NCBI GenBank assembly: GCA_039795495.1
Contig: JBDKLT010000075.1
Coordinates: 20,153 to 84,152, forward strand
Origin: Actinomycetota bacterium
GTDB taxonomy: Bacteria > Actinomycetota > Actinomycetes > Nanopelagicales > Nanopelagicaceae
Direction of reading: 5' to 3'
DNA: 64,000 nucleotides
Shown here: piece by piece, positions 51,934 to 62,429 of the stretch
Layout: each line of letters begins with the position of its first letter
Position numbering within the stretch: the first letter of the stretch is position 1
Made by a program: the position numbers and the translations under genes
Notes under the pieces: model-generated
What the model was told of the DNA's origin: nothing
Database searches by the model: none
What the model saw: only the letters and a program-made list of their open reading frames with translations

Positions 51934-52743
51934 TTATCTACTTGCAGTTAGCAGCATCGGCCGCAGATGATCTGCTAGCGCTCTTCGATCGGAAATCTGG
52001 GGCAATATAAGAGAGAGTTGATCTATGCCTTGATACAGCAAAAGTTCTAGTCCACTTATCACCATTCCACCGCAATCGCTCCAACGTTGCGCCAATTGAG
52101 TTGGCCATGGTTTGTAAATCACGTCAAAGAGAGTTGCCCGAACTCCCAAATTAACAGAAGTCGCCAGTAGATCAGCTGCCCCCGCTGGTGTTGTATTAAC
52201 AACAAGATCATATTGATCGAAATCAACCGCATCGCTCCATCGGAGGTAATTAAATTCTGAACTCTGGATTGCGCTTTCGAGTGCAGCTTGGCGCACACTA
52301 GAGCGTCCCAAAACATCTATTCTTGCAACTTCAGAATCCAGAGCACCGCACACTGCTCTTGCCGTACCTCCTGCGCCTAATACAAGAACAGAATTAAGTG
52401 AACACTTCTGCGAATTTCTTAGTGCTTCAATAAAGCCGCTCCCATCTGTGCTGGTGAGATCCCATTGACCATCTCTCTTAATAAGCGTGTTACCTGACTG
52501 AATTCGTTGAACCAAGGAATCAATATCTACATCGAGTGAAAGCACCTCTTCTTTGAGAGGCATTGTGAGCGAAAGGTAATCAAAGTTTTCGCTTTCGCGT
52601 TCTAGGAAATCAGCCAAAGTACCGGATCGTACTTCTAAAGCTTGATAGGAACCCTCTACTCCCAGAAAAGAGTAGGCGGCTCTATGTAAGACTGGTGAAA
52701 GTGAGTGCGTGATAGGCGAACCAAGTACAGCCCCTCTAATCAT
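51934..52743 (-). CDS. aroE: Shikimate dehydrogenase
   Basis: GSPITHSLSP.LH, TMPLK, LGAGGTA, NTTP, DVIY. Confidence 0.95.
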   Translation of the reverse strand: MIRGAVLGSPITHSLSPVLHRAAYSFLGVEGSYQALEVRSGTLADFLERESENFDYLSLTMPLKEEVLSLDVDIDSLVQRIQSGNTLIKRDGQWDLTSTDGSGFIEALRNSQKCSLNSVLVLGAGGTARAVCGALDSEVARIDVLGRSSVRQAALESAIQSSEFNYLRWSDAVDFDQYDLVVNTTPAGAADLLATSVNLGVRATLFDVIYKPWPTQLAQRWSDCGGMVISGLELLLYQGIDQLSLILPQISDRRALADHLRPMLLTASR

Positions 52744-52755
52744 TTCTCAATCCTT

Positions 52756-53793
52756 TCACTTACTACTCCTAAAAAGTCCTTTTCGAAGATTAGCCTTGTA
52801 CTCACGTTTCCATTCGCTAAATTGCTGAGAATCTTTCGTGAATCTGGTATCTCCAGGTGCAACGGTAATGAAGTAGATCCAATCCCCAATCGTTGGATTG
52901 AGCGCTGCCTCCATAGCAGCTGATCCAGGATTGTTAATAGGTCCGGGAGGAAGACCGTATCTTTGATACGTGTTGTACTCGGATTTTATGAGAGTCGATT
53001 GCGAACTTAAAAAGACGCTTCCTCGAGTCTTTTTGATGTAGTGCACTGTTGAATCAAATTGCAATGGCATGCCAATTGCGAGTCGATTCCTAATGACCTG
53101 TGAAATCTTTGAGAAGTCTTGAATGTTTCCCTCCGCTTGAACCAATGATGCAATCACCAGTAATTGTTGCGGCGTGAACGAACTACTCGTGGAGAAGAAT
53201 CCAGCTTTTCTCATTTCACTCGCTGTACGTGAAATCATAGATTGAAGTGCGGAAAGCGCAGTCTCCCCTTTTGCAAAACTGTATTGAGCGGGAAATAGAA
53301 GGCCCTCCAAAGTTTTGAAACCTGCAGGACGCGAAACTTTGGCGATCGCTTGTGATACTTCGGAAGAGGAAAATCCAGCCTTATAGAATTGAGGAAGAAT
53401 CTCCGATATCCAAGCGCCTTCACTAATGTTGATGAGCCCTTCAATTCTTAATGGATCAAGCAGTTGATTGAGGGCATCTTTGGCGCAAATCCCGATATCA
53501 ATTGAGTGAGCCCCTGGAGCAATTCTCTGAGAACGAGTGTCACCGACAGCTACCCTGAAGAATGAGTCGGAAGATTTGACGACTCCAAGTTTGTAGAGTT
53601 TGTTAGCTATGGAAGATCCGCTCTCTCCTGCCGAAATCTCAACAACAGCTGACCCTGCAGACGATGCTCTACATGTGAAATCGGGTGCTCCAGAGTTAGG
53701 AAAATCAATAAATTTCAAAGTTAAGGTGATGAAGCAGACAGCAGCGAGTGCCACCCCAATATGAAGTATGGAACTTCGATTAGTTCTTTTCAC
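52756..53793 (-). CDS. mltG: Endolytic transglycosylase MltG (YceG)
   Basis: N-terminal TM, EGLLFPAQY, ASLVQAE, MPLQFDST, YNTY..GLPPGPINNPG. Start set at GTG 53793. Confidence 0.95.
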   Translation of the reverse strand: MKRTNRSSILHIGVALAAVCFITLTLKFIDFPNSGAPDFTCRASSAGSAVVEISAGESGSSIANKLYKLGVVKSSDSFFRVAVGDTRSQRIAPGAHSIDIGICAKDALNQLLDPLRIEGLINISEGAWISEILPQFYKAGFSSSEVSQAIAKVSRPAGFKTLEGLLFPAQYSFAKGETALSALQSMISRTASEMRKAGFFSTSSSFTPQQLLVIASLVQAEGNIQDFSKISQVIRNRLAIGMPLQFDSTVHYIKKTRGSVFLSSQSTLIKSEYNTYQRYGLPPGPINNPGSAAMEAALNPTIGDWIYFITVAPGDTRFTKDSQQFSEWKREYKANLRKGLFRSSK

Positions 53794-54196
53794 TGTGCAA
53801 CCCAGCTTCCAAAATTGCGACAGCAGCCATGGAATCAATCAGCGCTTTGGAATCTCGCGATGAAACACCAGCCTCTTTCAATCTCTTCTGTGCACTCATC
53901 GTGGACAGTCGTTCATCAATCTCCATTATTGCCACGTCGGTCAGATTGCGAATTTCTGCGATAAAAATGCGCACTTTCTCTACGCTCTCTCCCGCCTCAC
54001 CTGATAGATGGAGTGGCAGCCCAACATAGATCTTTATCGGTTGATTCTCTTCAAAAAGAGTGGCGATCTCTTTGAAGAATCCCGTCGACTTAGTTGCTAG
54101 CGCTCCAACTGGAGTGGCAAGAATTCCATCTGGATCAGAAATTGCTACACCTGTACGTACATCACCGTAATCGAAAGCGATTCGATGCCCACGCAT
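53780..54196 (-). CDS. ruvX: YqgF/RuvX pre-16S rRNA nuclease
   Basis: DYGDVRTGVAISDP, VGLP, DERLST, IDSMAAVAIL. Confidence 0.95.
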   Translation of the reverse strand: MRGHRIAFDYGDVRTGVAISDPDGILATPVGALATKSTGFFKEIATLFEENQPIKIYVGLPLHLSGEAGESVEKVRIFIAEIRNLTDVAIMEIDERLSTMSAQKRLKEAGVSSRDSKALIDSMAAVAILEAGLHSEKN

Positions 54197-54200
54197 AGAA

Positions 54201-56876
54201 TTATTTTCCGCTGATGTGATCTGTTATTGCAGCAAGTGCAGATGAAGCTTTAGATGAATCTGTTCCGCCACCTTGAGCGAAATCATCTTTGCCGCCTCCG
54301 CCTCCGCCAAGAATTGTCGAACCAATCTTTACCAAGGCTCCCGCTTTGAATCCTGCTGCTTTTGCCTTATCGCTCACAGCGACAACAAGCACAGGTTTCC
54401 CATCCGTTGAGCTAATAAGCGCAACAACAGATTGATCTAAACGCGATTTCAGATCAATTGCAATCTTGCGCAGATCCTCAGAGCCAATTCCATCCGAGAG
54501 ATGAGAGGTTATTAATGAAATACCATTGACTACCACCGCCGAAGATGCCAAGTCACCAATGTGACTCATTGCTTGCGCTGAGCGAAGGCCGGCGAGCTCC
54601 TTCTCAATATCGCGAATCTTGTTCAGTAAATCACTAATTCGCTCTGGAAGTTCTTCTGTACGAGCTCCCTTGATAATTTCAGTTAATGAATTGAGAAGGA
54701 TGTGTTCACGAGCTAGGAAGCGATAAGCATCAGAGCCAACAAGAGCTTCTACGCGGCGAACACCTGCACCGACGGAAGATTCGCCCAACAATTTAACAAT
54801 ACCGAGTTGTCCAGAACGCTCCACATGCGTTCCACCGCAGAGTTCGCGAGCCCAATCGCCCACGCTAACCACGCGAACTTGATTGCCGTATTTTTCACCG
54901 AAGAGAGCCATCGCTCCAATCTTCTTTGCAGCATCCTGAGTCATCGTCTCAGCCGTTACAGCGAGATTATCAAGAAGAAGGGTATTGACTCGTGCTTCAA
55001 CATCATTAAGTACAGATTCAGGTACTGCTCCCGTTGATGGGAAATCGAAACGAAAACGTCCTGGTGAATTCTCGGAACCAGCCTGAGTAGCAGTCTCTCC
55101 GAGAATTTCTCTAAATGCCTTATGCACCATATGTGTCGCAGTATGGGCTCGAGAAATTGCATGTCGACGTTCAATATCAATAGAAGCTAGAGCGAGAGAT
55201 CCAGTTGTCACTTCGCCAGAAATGACTCGACCTCTATGAATCGAGAGTCCTGTTATTGGATTCTGTACATCCTCAACTTCAATGACTGCCCCATTTGTGA
55301 GAGTAATGCGACCGCCATCAGCGAGCTGCCCACCTCCTTCTGCATAGAAGGGAGTTCTATCTAGGACGATCTCAACATCCTGACCCGAGATTGCAGCGGG
55401 AACACTCATGCCATCGACGAGAATTCCGTTGATTGTTGATTCAGTCTCACTATGGGTATATCCAATAAACGAAGAGGAACCTTTGGCATCTGCAATCTTC
55501 TTGTACTCAGATAAATCTGTATGACCGCTCTTCTTTGCCTTTGCATCTGCCTTAGCTCGATCTCGCTGTTCACTCATGAGCCGACGGAAACCTTCTTCAT
55601 CAACTTCGAGTCCCTGTTCACGGGCCATCTCGAGAGTTAAATCAAATGGGAAACCATATGTATCGTGGAGTTTAAAAACATCTTCACCGGGAAGTACGGT
55701 GCTCTTCTTCTCCTTCAATTGTGTCGAAGCAAGATCGAAGATCTGCGTTCCTGATTTCAATGTCTGTAGGAATGATTCCTCTTCTGCAACCGAGACAGCT
55801 AGAATTCGCTTTTGATCAGATACCAATTCAGGGTATTGAGGACCCATAGCTCCGATGGCAGCTACGGTGAGTTCGGACATAATCGGATCGTTGACACCCA
55901 AGAGACGCATATTTCGAATGGTGCGACGCATCATTCGACGTAATACATAGCCTCTTCCTTCATTACCTGGTGTAACTCCATCACCAATAAGCATCGCCGA
56001 TGTGCGCGCATGATCTGCAACCACACGGAGAGAAACATCAGAACTCTGAAATTTTCCATATGTGACGCCGGCAAGCGATGACGCTTTAGATAGAATCTGC
56101 ATTGTTGTATCGATTTCATAGATATTTTCGACACCTTGCAAAAGCGCGGCTGTTCTTTCTAAGCCGAGCCCGGTATCAATGCTCTTAGCTGGTAGTTCTC
56201 CAAGGATTGGATATCCATCCTTGCCGCCACCTGCACCGCGCTCGTTCTGCATGAAAACGAGATTCCATACCTCCATATATCGGTTTTCATCTGCGATTGG
56301 GCCACCTTCGACACCATATTGCGGACCGCGGTCATAATAAATTTCTGAACATGGTCCGCATGGACCTGGAACTCCCATTGACCAGAAGTTATCGGCCATA
56401 TCGCGTCGTTGAATTCGCTCGCGCGGAATTCCAATTTTCTTATGCCAAATATCTGCTGCCTCGTCATCATCTAGATAGACGGTGACCCAAAGGCGATCTT
56501 CAGGAAAACCATATCCTCCATCGCTTATAGGGCGTGTGAGAAGCTCCCAGGCGAGCGAGATTGCACCCTCTTTGAAGTAATCACCAAAAGAAAAGTTTCC
56601 ACACATTTGAAAGAAAGAAGCATGACGTGTTGTCTTTCCAACCTCATCGATATCTAGTGTGCGAACACATTTTTGTACTGAAGTAGCACGCTTGTACGGA
56701 GGAGTGACCTCACCCAAGAAGTATGGTTTGAATGGCACCATTCCTGCGTTAACGAGGAGAAGATTTGGATCGTCAGCAATGAGCGAAGCTGAAGGAACAA
56801 CTGTATGTTTTAGACCTTGCCGATTTTCGCTTTCGAAGAAGCGCAGCCAGCGTGAACGGATCTCGGCGGATTCCAT
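54201..56876 (-). CDS. alaS: Alanyl-tRNA synthetase
   Basis: [37 protein letters not shown]. Confidence 0.99.
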   Translation of the reverse strand: MESAEIRSRWLRFFESENRQGLKHTVVPSASLIADDPNLLLVNAGMVPFKPYFLGEVTPPYKRATSVQKCVRTLDIDEVGKTTRHASFFQMCGNFSFGDYFKEGAISLAWELLTRPISDGGYGFPEDRLWVTVYLDDDEAADIWHKKIGIPRERIQRRDMADNFWSMGVPGPCGPCSEIYYDRGPQYGVEGGPIADENRYMEVWNLVFMQNERGAGGGKDGYPILGELPAKSIDTGLGLERTAALLQGVENIYEIDTTMQILSKASSLAGVTYGKFQSSDVSLRVVADHARTSAMLIGDGVTPGNEGRGYVLRRMMRRTIRNMRLLGVNDPIMSELTVAAIGAMGPQYPELVSDQKRILAVSVAEEESFLQTLKSGTQIFDLASTQLKEKKSTVLPGEDVFKLHDTYGFPFDLTLEMAREQGLEVDEEGFRRLMSEQRDRAKADAKAKKSGHTDLSEYKKIADAKGSSSFIGYTHSETESTINGILVDGMSVPAAISGQDVEIVLDRTPFYAEGGGQLADGGRITLTNGAVIEVEDVQNPITGLSIHRGRVISGEVTTGSLALASIDIERRHAISRAHTATHMVHKAFREILGETATQAGSENSPGRFRFDFPSTGAVPESVLNDVEARVNTLLLDNLAVTAETMTQDAAKKIGAMALFGEKYGNQVRVVSVGDWARELCGGTHVERSGQLGIVKLLGESSVGAGVRRVEALVGSDAYRFLAREHILLNSLTEIIKGARTEELPERISDLLNKIRDIEKELAGLRSAQAMSHIGDLASSAVVVNGISLITSHLSDGIGSEDLRKIAIDLKSRLDQSVVALISSTDGKPVLVVAVSDKAKAAGFKAGALVKIGSTILGGGGGGKDDFAQGGGTDSSKASSALAAITDHISGK

Positions 56877-56898
56877 TAATTTCTATCCCCTACCCGTA

Positions 56899-57261
56899 TT
56901 AACTAGATTTCTTCTTGGACTTACGTCCCTTACTAATTTGGGCTGCGCTAAGAAGTGCACCTGCCACGCGAACTGCAGGACCATTCTTCTCCATGAAGCC
57001 TGATGTCGCCCCAGTAACCTTTGTAGTGACTTCTTCAACGCTCTTTGTTATCTTGGCAAAACTCTCAAGGGGGCTATTGATGAGCTCAAGGGTGCGAGTT
57101 GATTCATTGATCAGCGGAGTCGTGTCATCTGTGAAAGCTTTGAGAGAAGCCTTGGCTTCGTCGATAAATCTGCTCACTCGAATCACTGTATATGCGAGTG
57201 CAATAGCAATCACCAGAAGAGAGATTGCTGCAATGATCGTTGCGATTCCACCTGGACCCAT
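56899..57261 (-). CDS. DUF948-like membrane-anchored protein
   Basis: N-terminal GGIATIIAA TM helix followed by a coiled coil; usual position upstream of alaS; leaderless -10 TAGGCT. Confidence 0.75.
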   Translation of the reverse strand: MGPGGIATIIAAISLLVIAIALAYTVIRVSRFIDEAKASLKAFTDDTTPLINESTRTLELINSPLESFAKITKSVEEVTTKVTGATSGFMEKNGPAVRVAGALLSAAQISKGRKSKKKSS

Positions 57262-57279
57262 GTAAATAGCCTACCTGAA

Positions 57280-59019
57280 TTACTCCTTCGGAGGAGTCCA
57301 ATCGATAGCCGCTTCCTTGCGTTGCGCCGGAGTAATCGGTGTAGGAGCGCCAGTCAATGGATCTCCACCACTCGCGGTCTTAGGGAATGCAATGACTTCG
57401 CGAATTGAATCTGAACCAGAAAGGAGCGCACATACTCGGTCGAGACCGAGAGCAATTCCACCATGTGGCGGAGGACCATAGTTGAAGGCCTCAAGTAAGA
57501 ATCCAAATTTGCTTTGAGCCTCTTCATCGCTTAATCCAATAACAGAGAAAACATCTTTCTGAATCTGTCTATCGTGGATACGAATAGAACCGCCACCAAG
57601 CTCGGTGCCGTTAAGGACGATGTCATACGCATAGGCGAGAGCTTCAGCTGGATTGCTCTTAAATGTTTGAGCAAACTCTGGCTTCGGTCCTGTAAACGGA
57701 TGGTGTACCGCAGTCCAACCACCATTATCTGTAGGTTCAAACATCGGGGCATCAACAACCCATAAGAATTCCCATGCACCTTGATCAATGAGGTTGCAAC
57801 GTTTGCCAATCTCTAATCGAGCGGCGCCAAGTAATTGTTGAGATGCCGACTTCTCTCCCGCTGCGAAGAAAATTGCATCTCCTGGTTTGGCTCCAACCTG
57901 AGCAGCAATACCTGCTTGTTCCTTCTCAGAAATATTCTTAGAAACAGGACCACCAAGAGTTCCATCCTCATTGACGAGAATGTAAGCAATTCCCTTTGCA
58001 CCACGAGCTTTGGCCCAATCTTGCCAAGCATCAAGTTCGCGGCGAGGTGACGAAGCTCCTCCTGGCATAACCACTGCACCGACATAAGGAGCTTGGAACA
58101 CTCTAAATGGGGTCTCAGCAAAGTACTGAGTTACTTCGGTCAACGGATAGCCAAATCGAAGATCTGGCTTATCTGATCCGAATTGATCCATGGCATCTTT
58201 ATATGTCATGTGCTTAATAGGAGTTGGAATTTCGTATCCAACGGCTTCTTTCCACACCTTCACCAAAATCTTTTCGGCTACAGCGAGAATATCTGCCTGA
58301 TCGATAAATGACATTTCAATATCAAGTTGAGTGAACTCTGGTTGGCGATCAGCACGAAAATCTTCATCGCGGAAGCAACGTGCAATCTGGTAGTAACGCT
58401 CCATTCCTGCAACCATTAACAATTGTTTAAAGAGCTGTGGTGATTGCGGAAGTGCATACCAACTTCCAGGTTGCAGTCTGACTGGAACCAAGAAATCTCG
58501 AGCACCCTCTGGTGTAGAACGAGTGAGATAAGGGGTTTCGATTTCTAGGAAAGAGAGATCTTCCATAACGTTGCGAATAGCAGATGTCACCTTTGAGCGA
58601 AGACGGAGATTTGCCGCAGGTCCTTCGCGTCGGAGGTCGAGATAGCGATAACGAAGGCGAACTTCTTCAGAGATTTCAACATCGCTACCTGAATCAACTG
58701 GGAATGGAAGTGGGGCTGATTCGCTCAGCACAACAACGTCATCTCCCATTACTTCAATTTCACCAGTTGGAATATTTGGATTTTCATTTCCAGCAGGCCG
58801 TAGAGAAACTTCGCCGGTAATTTGTAAACACCATTCAGCACGCAGTTGGCCCGCGAGTTTTTCGTCTCGAATTACTACCTGAACGGAACCAGTTGCATCG
58901 CGAAGATCGATAAAGGCAACTCCACCATGATCACGGCGACGGGCTACCCAACCTGCAAGTGTTACGGTCTGACCTACATGTGAAGCGCGAATAGCGCCTG
59001 CATCTTGATTACGTAACAT
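57280..59019 (-). CDS. aspS: Aspartyl-tRNA synthetase (probably non-discriminating)
   Basis: [50 protein letters not shown]. Confidence 0.98.
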   Translation of the reverse strand: MLRNQDAGAIRASHVGQTVTLAGWVARRRDHGGVAFIDLRDATGSVQVVIRDEKLAGQLRAEWCLQITGEVSLRPAGNENPNIPTGEIEVMGDDVVVLSESAPLPFPVDSGSDVEISEEVRLRYRYLDLRREGPAANLRLRSKVTSAIRNVMEDLSFLEIETPYLTRSTPEGARDFLVPVRLQPGSWYALPQSPQLFKQLLMVAGMERYYQIARCFRDEDFRADRQPEFTQLDIEMSFIDQADILAVAEKILVKVWKEAVGYEIPTPIKHMTYKDAMDQFGSDKPDLRFGYPLTEVTQYFAETPFRVFQAPYVGAVVMPGGASSPRRELDAWQDWAKARGAKGIAYILVNEDGTLGGPVSKNISEKEQAGIAAQVGAKPGDAIFFAAGEKSASQQLLGAARLEIGKRCNLIDQGAWEFLWVVDAPMFEPTDNGGWTAVHHPFTGPKPEFAQTFKSNPAEALAYAYDIVLNGTELGGGSIRIHDRQIQKDVFSVIGLSDEEAQSKFGFLLEAFNYGPPPHGGIALGLDRVCALLSGSDSIREVIAFPKTASGGDPLTGAPTPITPAQRKEAAIDWTPPKE

Positions 59020-59048
59020 CGAGAAAAGCCACCTTTGAGAGTTTCTTG

Positions 59049-60317
59049 CTATCGAGAACTAAACTGTCGGATTTGATCGGACAATTCGACAATCTTAACG
59101 GAGGTTGTTGTGCCATCTGACATCCTTTTGAGTTCAACTACTCCTTCAGAGAGTTCGGATTCACCAAGGACAACAACGAATCGGGATCCTGACTTATCGG
59201 CAGCCTTCATAGCACCCTTGAGCGACCTATCTCCAAATGCAATCTCCGTACGTATCCCCATTGATCGCAATTCATAAGCGAGAGAGGAGGCAGCAATCTT
59301 CGATTCTTCGCCCAATGGGATGAGGAAAAGGTCCGAGATAAATTCGGTAGAAGGAAGAGTGGATTCAGAAATTGCAGCGAGAAGAGCGCGGTCTACTCCG
59401 AGCCCGAAACCAATACCTGAGAGAGCTTGGCCACCGAGGGTCTCCATCAATCCGTCGTATCGACCTCCACCGCCAATTCCGCTCTGCGCTCCCAAATCAG
59501 AATGGACAAATTCAAATGTTGTTCCTGTGTAGTAATCCAAACCGCGGACCATCCTTGGATTGATTATGAAATCAATCTTCATTGCAATCAGATACTTCTG
59601 AACGTTCGCGAAATTGGCTGCTGCTTCTGGTGTGAGATAGTCAAGTAAAAGGGGCGCCTTTGCCATTGCCTCTTTCATCTCAGGACGTTTATCGTCAAAT
59701 AGGCGCAGTGGATTGAGTTGAGCACGCACTCTTGTGGCTTCATCCAACTGCAATGAATCGAAATATTTGAGGAGATCCACACGATGAGCCGCTCTCGAAG
59801 CTGCATCACCCAGCGAAGTAATCTCTAACCGATAATTCTTTAGACCTAAATTCTTAAAACCACGGTCTGCAATGGCAATGACTTCTGCATCGAGTGCTGG
59901 GTCATCGATTCCGATAGCTTCTATTCCCACTTGGTAGAACTGGCGATAGCGACCAGCTTGAGGCCGTTCGGCGCGAAAGAATTGCCCTGAGTACCAAACT
60001 TTCACAGGCAATTGGCCGCGATCAAGATTTGCTTCAATGACAGCACGCATTACTCCCGCCGTGCCTTCAGGTCTCAAAGTCAGAGAACGTCCGCCACGAT
60101 CTTCAAATGTGTACATCTCCTTTGAGACCACATCTGTTGACTCGCCTACTCCCCGACTGAACAAGTTTGTATCTTCAAAGACTGGCAATTCCATCAATTG
60201 ATAACCAGCCGCCTTAGCGGGCGCAATCAATTGTTCGCGAACCCATTCGAAACTTTGAGACTCGGGCGGCAGGTATTCACGGACCCCTTTAGGGGCTTGA
60301 ATCTTTTCGCTCTTCAT
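59049..60317 (-). CDS. hisS: Histidyl-tRNA synthetase
   Basis: [36 protein letters not shown]. Confidence 0.98.
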   Translation of the reverse strand: MKSEKIQAPKGVREYLPPESQSFEWVREQLIAPAKAAGYQLMELPVFEDTNLFSRGVGESTDVVSKEMYTFEDRGGRSLTLRPEGTAGVMRAVIEANLDRGQLPVKVWYSGQFFRAERPQAGRYRQFYQVGIEAIGIDDPALDAEVIAIADRGFKNLGLKNYRLEITSLGDAASRAAHRVDLLKYFDSLQLDEATRVRAQLNPLRLFDDKRPEMKEAMAKAPLLLDYLTPEAAANFANVQKYLIAMKIDFIINPRMVRGLDYYTGTTFEFVHSDLGAQSGIGGGGRYDGLMETLGGQALSGIGFGLGVDRALLAAISESTLPSTEFISDLFLIPLGEESKIAASSLAYELRSMGIRTEIAFGDRSLKGAMKAADKSGSRFVVVLGESELSEGVVELKRMSDGTTTSVKIVELSDQIRQFSSR

Positions 60318-60970
60318 AGAGTCAATTCTTTCAGATATGGATTGTTTTTGCGCTCGAATTTGATCGTCGTTTCAGGTCCATGTCCTGTCAAAACACGCAG
60401 ATCATCAGATAGAGGTAGAACTTTTTCTCGAAGAGTGCGCTCCATATCTCGCGCATTGCCAGTTGGAAGGTCGGTCCGTCCAATAGAACCAGCGAAGAGA
60501 ACATCTCCACTAATCAGAAGCTCCTCATTCACGGTAAACATTAAAGAGCCCCGTGTGTGACCGGGTGCATGTATCGCCCGAATTTTCATATCGAGGAAAT
60601 TCAGTTCAGAACCATTCTTGAGCTCTTCTACTCGTGTGGGTTCAGAAAAATGCATCCCTTCGAGCATCGTCTGAAACTGTTCACCGTGAATACCCAAGGG
60701 ATTTGCGATAAATCTACGATCTTCACTATGAATGTATGCAGATATTCCATACCCATCTGCCAAAGGTTTGATCGAAAATGTATGGTCAAGATGGCCATGG
60801 GTAAGAAGTGCAGCAACTGGTTTCAACCGATTCTCTTCGATGATCAACTCAATCTCTGCTGAAATATCAGGCATGCCTGGATCGACTATGAGGCACTCAG
60901 ACCCGGGTTGACTTGCGATGACCCAGCAATTGGTTGCGAACATCGGCGCTGGATGCGAGAGCACAAGCAC
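60314..60970 (-). CDS. MBL-fold metallo-hydrolase (glyoxalase II-like)
   Basis: [30 protein letters not shown]. Confidence 0.93.
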   Translation of the reverse strand: MLVLSHPAPMFATNCWVIASQPGSECLIVDPGMPDISAEIELIIEENRLKPVAALLTHGHLDHTFSIKPLADGYGISAYIHSEDRRFIANPLGIHGEQFQTMLEGMHFSEPTRVEELKNGSELNFLDMKIRAIHAPGHTRGSLMFTVNEELLISGDVLFAGSIGRTDLPTGNARDMERTLREKVLPLSDDLRVLTGHGPETTIKFERKNNPYLKELTL

Positions 60971-61098
60971 AGCTCACCCCTTGATTTCCGCATGGATTTA
61001 CGACTCACGCAGGCACAGGGTACCTTTGACCCTGAACACATTCGCACATATCAACGAAGGTTGGTTCTTACACCAACTGACGCGCTGGAGGGGAAACC

Positions 61099-62415
61099 AT
61101 GACCGAGATCAATCCAACTGCACTAGCCAATACACATTCACAACCAAGTGCAGCTTCTGCACTTGTGGGAGACCCTTCACGTTTTGGTCGCGTCGGCGAA
61201 GATGGCACCGTCTATGTACGTACCAACGAAGGCGAGAAGGCAGTCGGTTCATATCCAGGCAAGACCGCCGAAGAAGCGCTCTCATATTTCGTCCGCAAAT
61301 TTGAAGCACTCGCTTCAGAGGTTGCGTTGACAGCAGCTCGAATTACAAGCGGTGCGATGGTTCCTCAAGATGCTTATGAAGCTGTCAAGAAACTTCGCCA
61401 ACAAGTACGCGAACTCAATGGTGTGGGAGACCTCGCTGCTCTTGCAGCGTCTGTAGAACAGATAGAGCCTCTCATTGAAGGTCATCGTGAAGCATACGAG
61501 GCAAAGAAAGCTGCAGAGGCTGCCGCTAAGGCTGCACGCCGCGAACAAATCCTTGTCGAGAAAGAGAAGATTGTCGCTGAAGCAGAATCTCTCACTCTCT
61601 CTGAGAATTGGAAGGTCACTGGCGATCGCCTCAAGGCACTTCTTGATGAATGGAAAGCTGCTCCTCGTCTGGATAAGAAGTCCGATGCTGAATTTTGGAA
61701 GCGATTCTCTGCATCACGAAATAAGTTTGATAAACGACGTCGCACTCACTTCGCCCAACTTGAAGCAACCGCTGGCAAAGTTTCCGAGGCCAAGAATGCG
61801 ATAGTTGCAGAGGCGGAGAAACTCGCAACTTCAACCGATTGGGTAGCTACAGCACGTCGCTACAAAGCTCTCATGGATCAGTGGAAGGCCGCGGGTCGAG
61901 GAAAGAAGGGCGACGACGCAAAACTATGGTCTCGCTTTAAGGCTGCACAAGATCAATTCTTTGCTGCAAAGAATTCAGATCTTGAAAAGCGTGAAGAATC
62001 AATGTCAGCCAATCTTGCAAAACGAGAAGAGCTCATCGTTGCCATCGAAGCGCTCCTTCCATTCTCTGATGTGAAACAAGCAAAATCTGCCTTTAGAGAG
62101 TTGATGAATACGTGGGGCAAGATCGGAATCACTCACCGCGACAAGCGCGCAGCTCTCGAAGCCCGTGTCTCTGTTGTTGAAGAGGCGATCAAATCTGCTG
62201 AGGCTGAGATTTGGCGCAAGACTGATCCATCCGCCAAGGCGCGCGCGGCAGAGGTCGTTGCACAACTCACTGAATCTATCGAGAGTTACGAGAAAGTTGC
62301 AGCTAAAGCAAAATCTGCAGGCAACGAAAAGAAGGCTAAAGAAGCTCTCGATTCGGCCGAGGCACGTAAGTTATGGCTCGCAGAAGCTCAGAAGCACCTA
62401 GCTGAATTCAATTAA
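61099..62415 (+). CDS. DUF349 repeat-containing protein
   Basis: FGRVGEDGTVYV N-terminus; helical repeats with WKA..R and W.RF..A...FF; SD GGAGGGG; conserved neighbour of relA. Confidence 0.9.
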   Translation: MTEINPTALANTHSQPSAASALVGDPSRFGRVGEDGTVYVRTNEGEKAVGSYPGKTAEEALSYFVRKFEALASEVALTAARITSGAMVPQDAYEAVKKLRQQVRELNGVGDLAALAASVEQIEPLIEGHREAYEAKKAAEAAAKAARREQILVEKEKIVAEAESLTLSENWKVTGDRLKALLDEWKAAPRLDKKSDAEFWKRFSASRNKFDKRRRTHFAQLEATAGKVSEAKNAIVAEAEKLATSTDWVATARRYKALMDQWKAAGRGKKGDDAKLWSRFKAAQDQFFAAKNSDLEKREESMSANLAKREELIVAIEALLPFSDVKQAKSAFRELMNTWGKIGITHRDKRAALEARVSVVEEAIKSAEAEIWRKTDPSAKARAAEVVAQLTESIESYEKVAAKAKSAGNEKKAKEALDSAEARKLWLAEAQKHLAEFN

Positions 62416-62429
62416 TAGTTGATTTCTAG

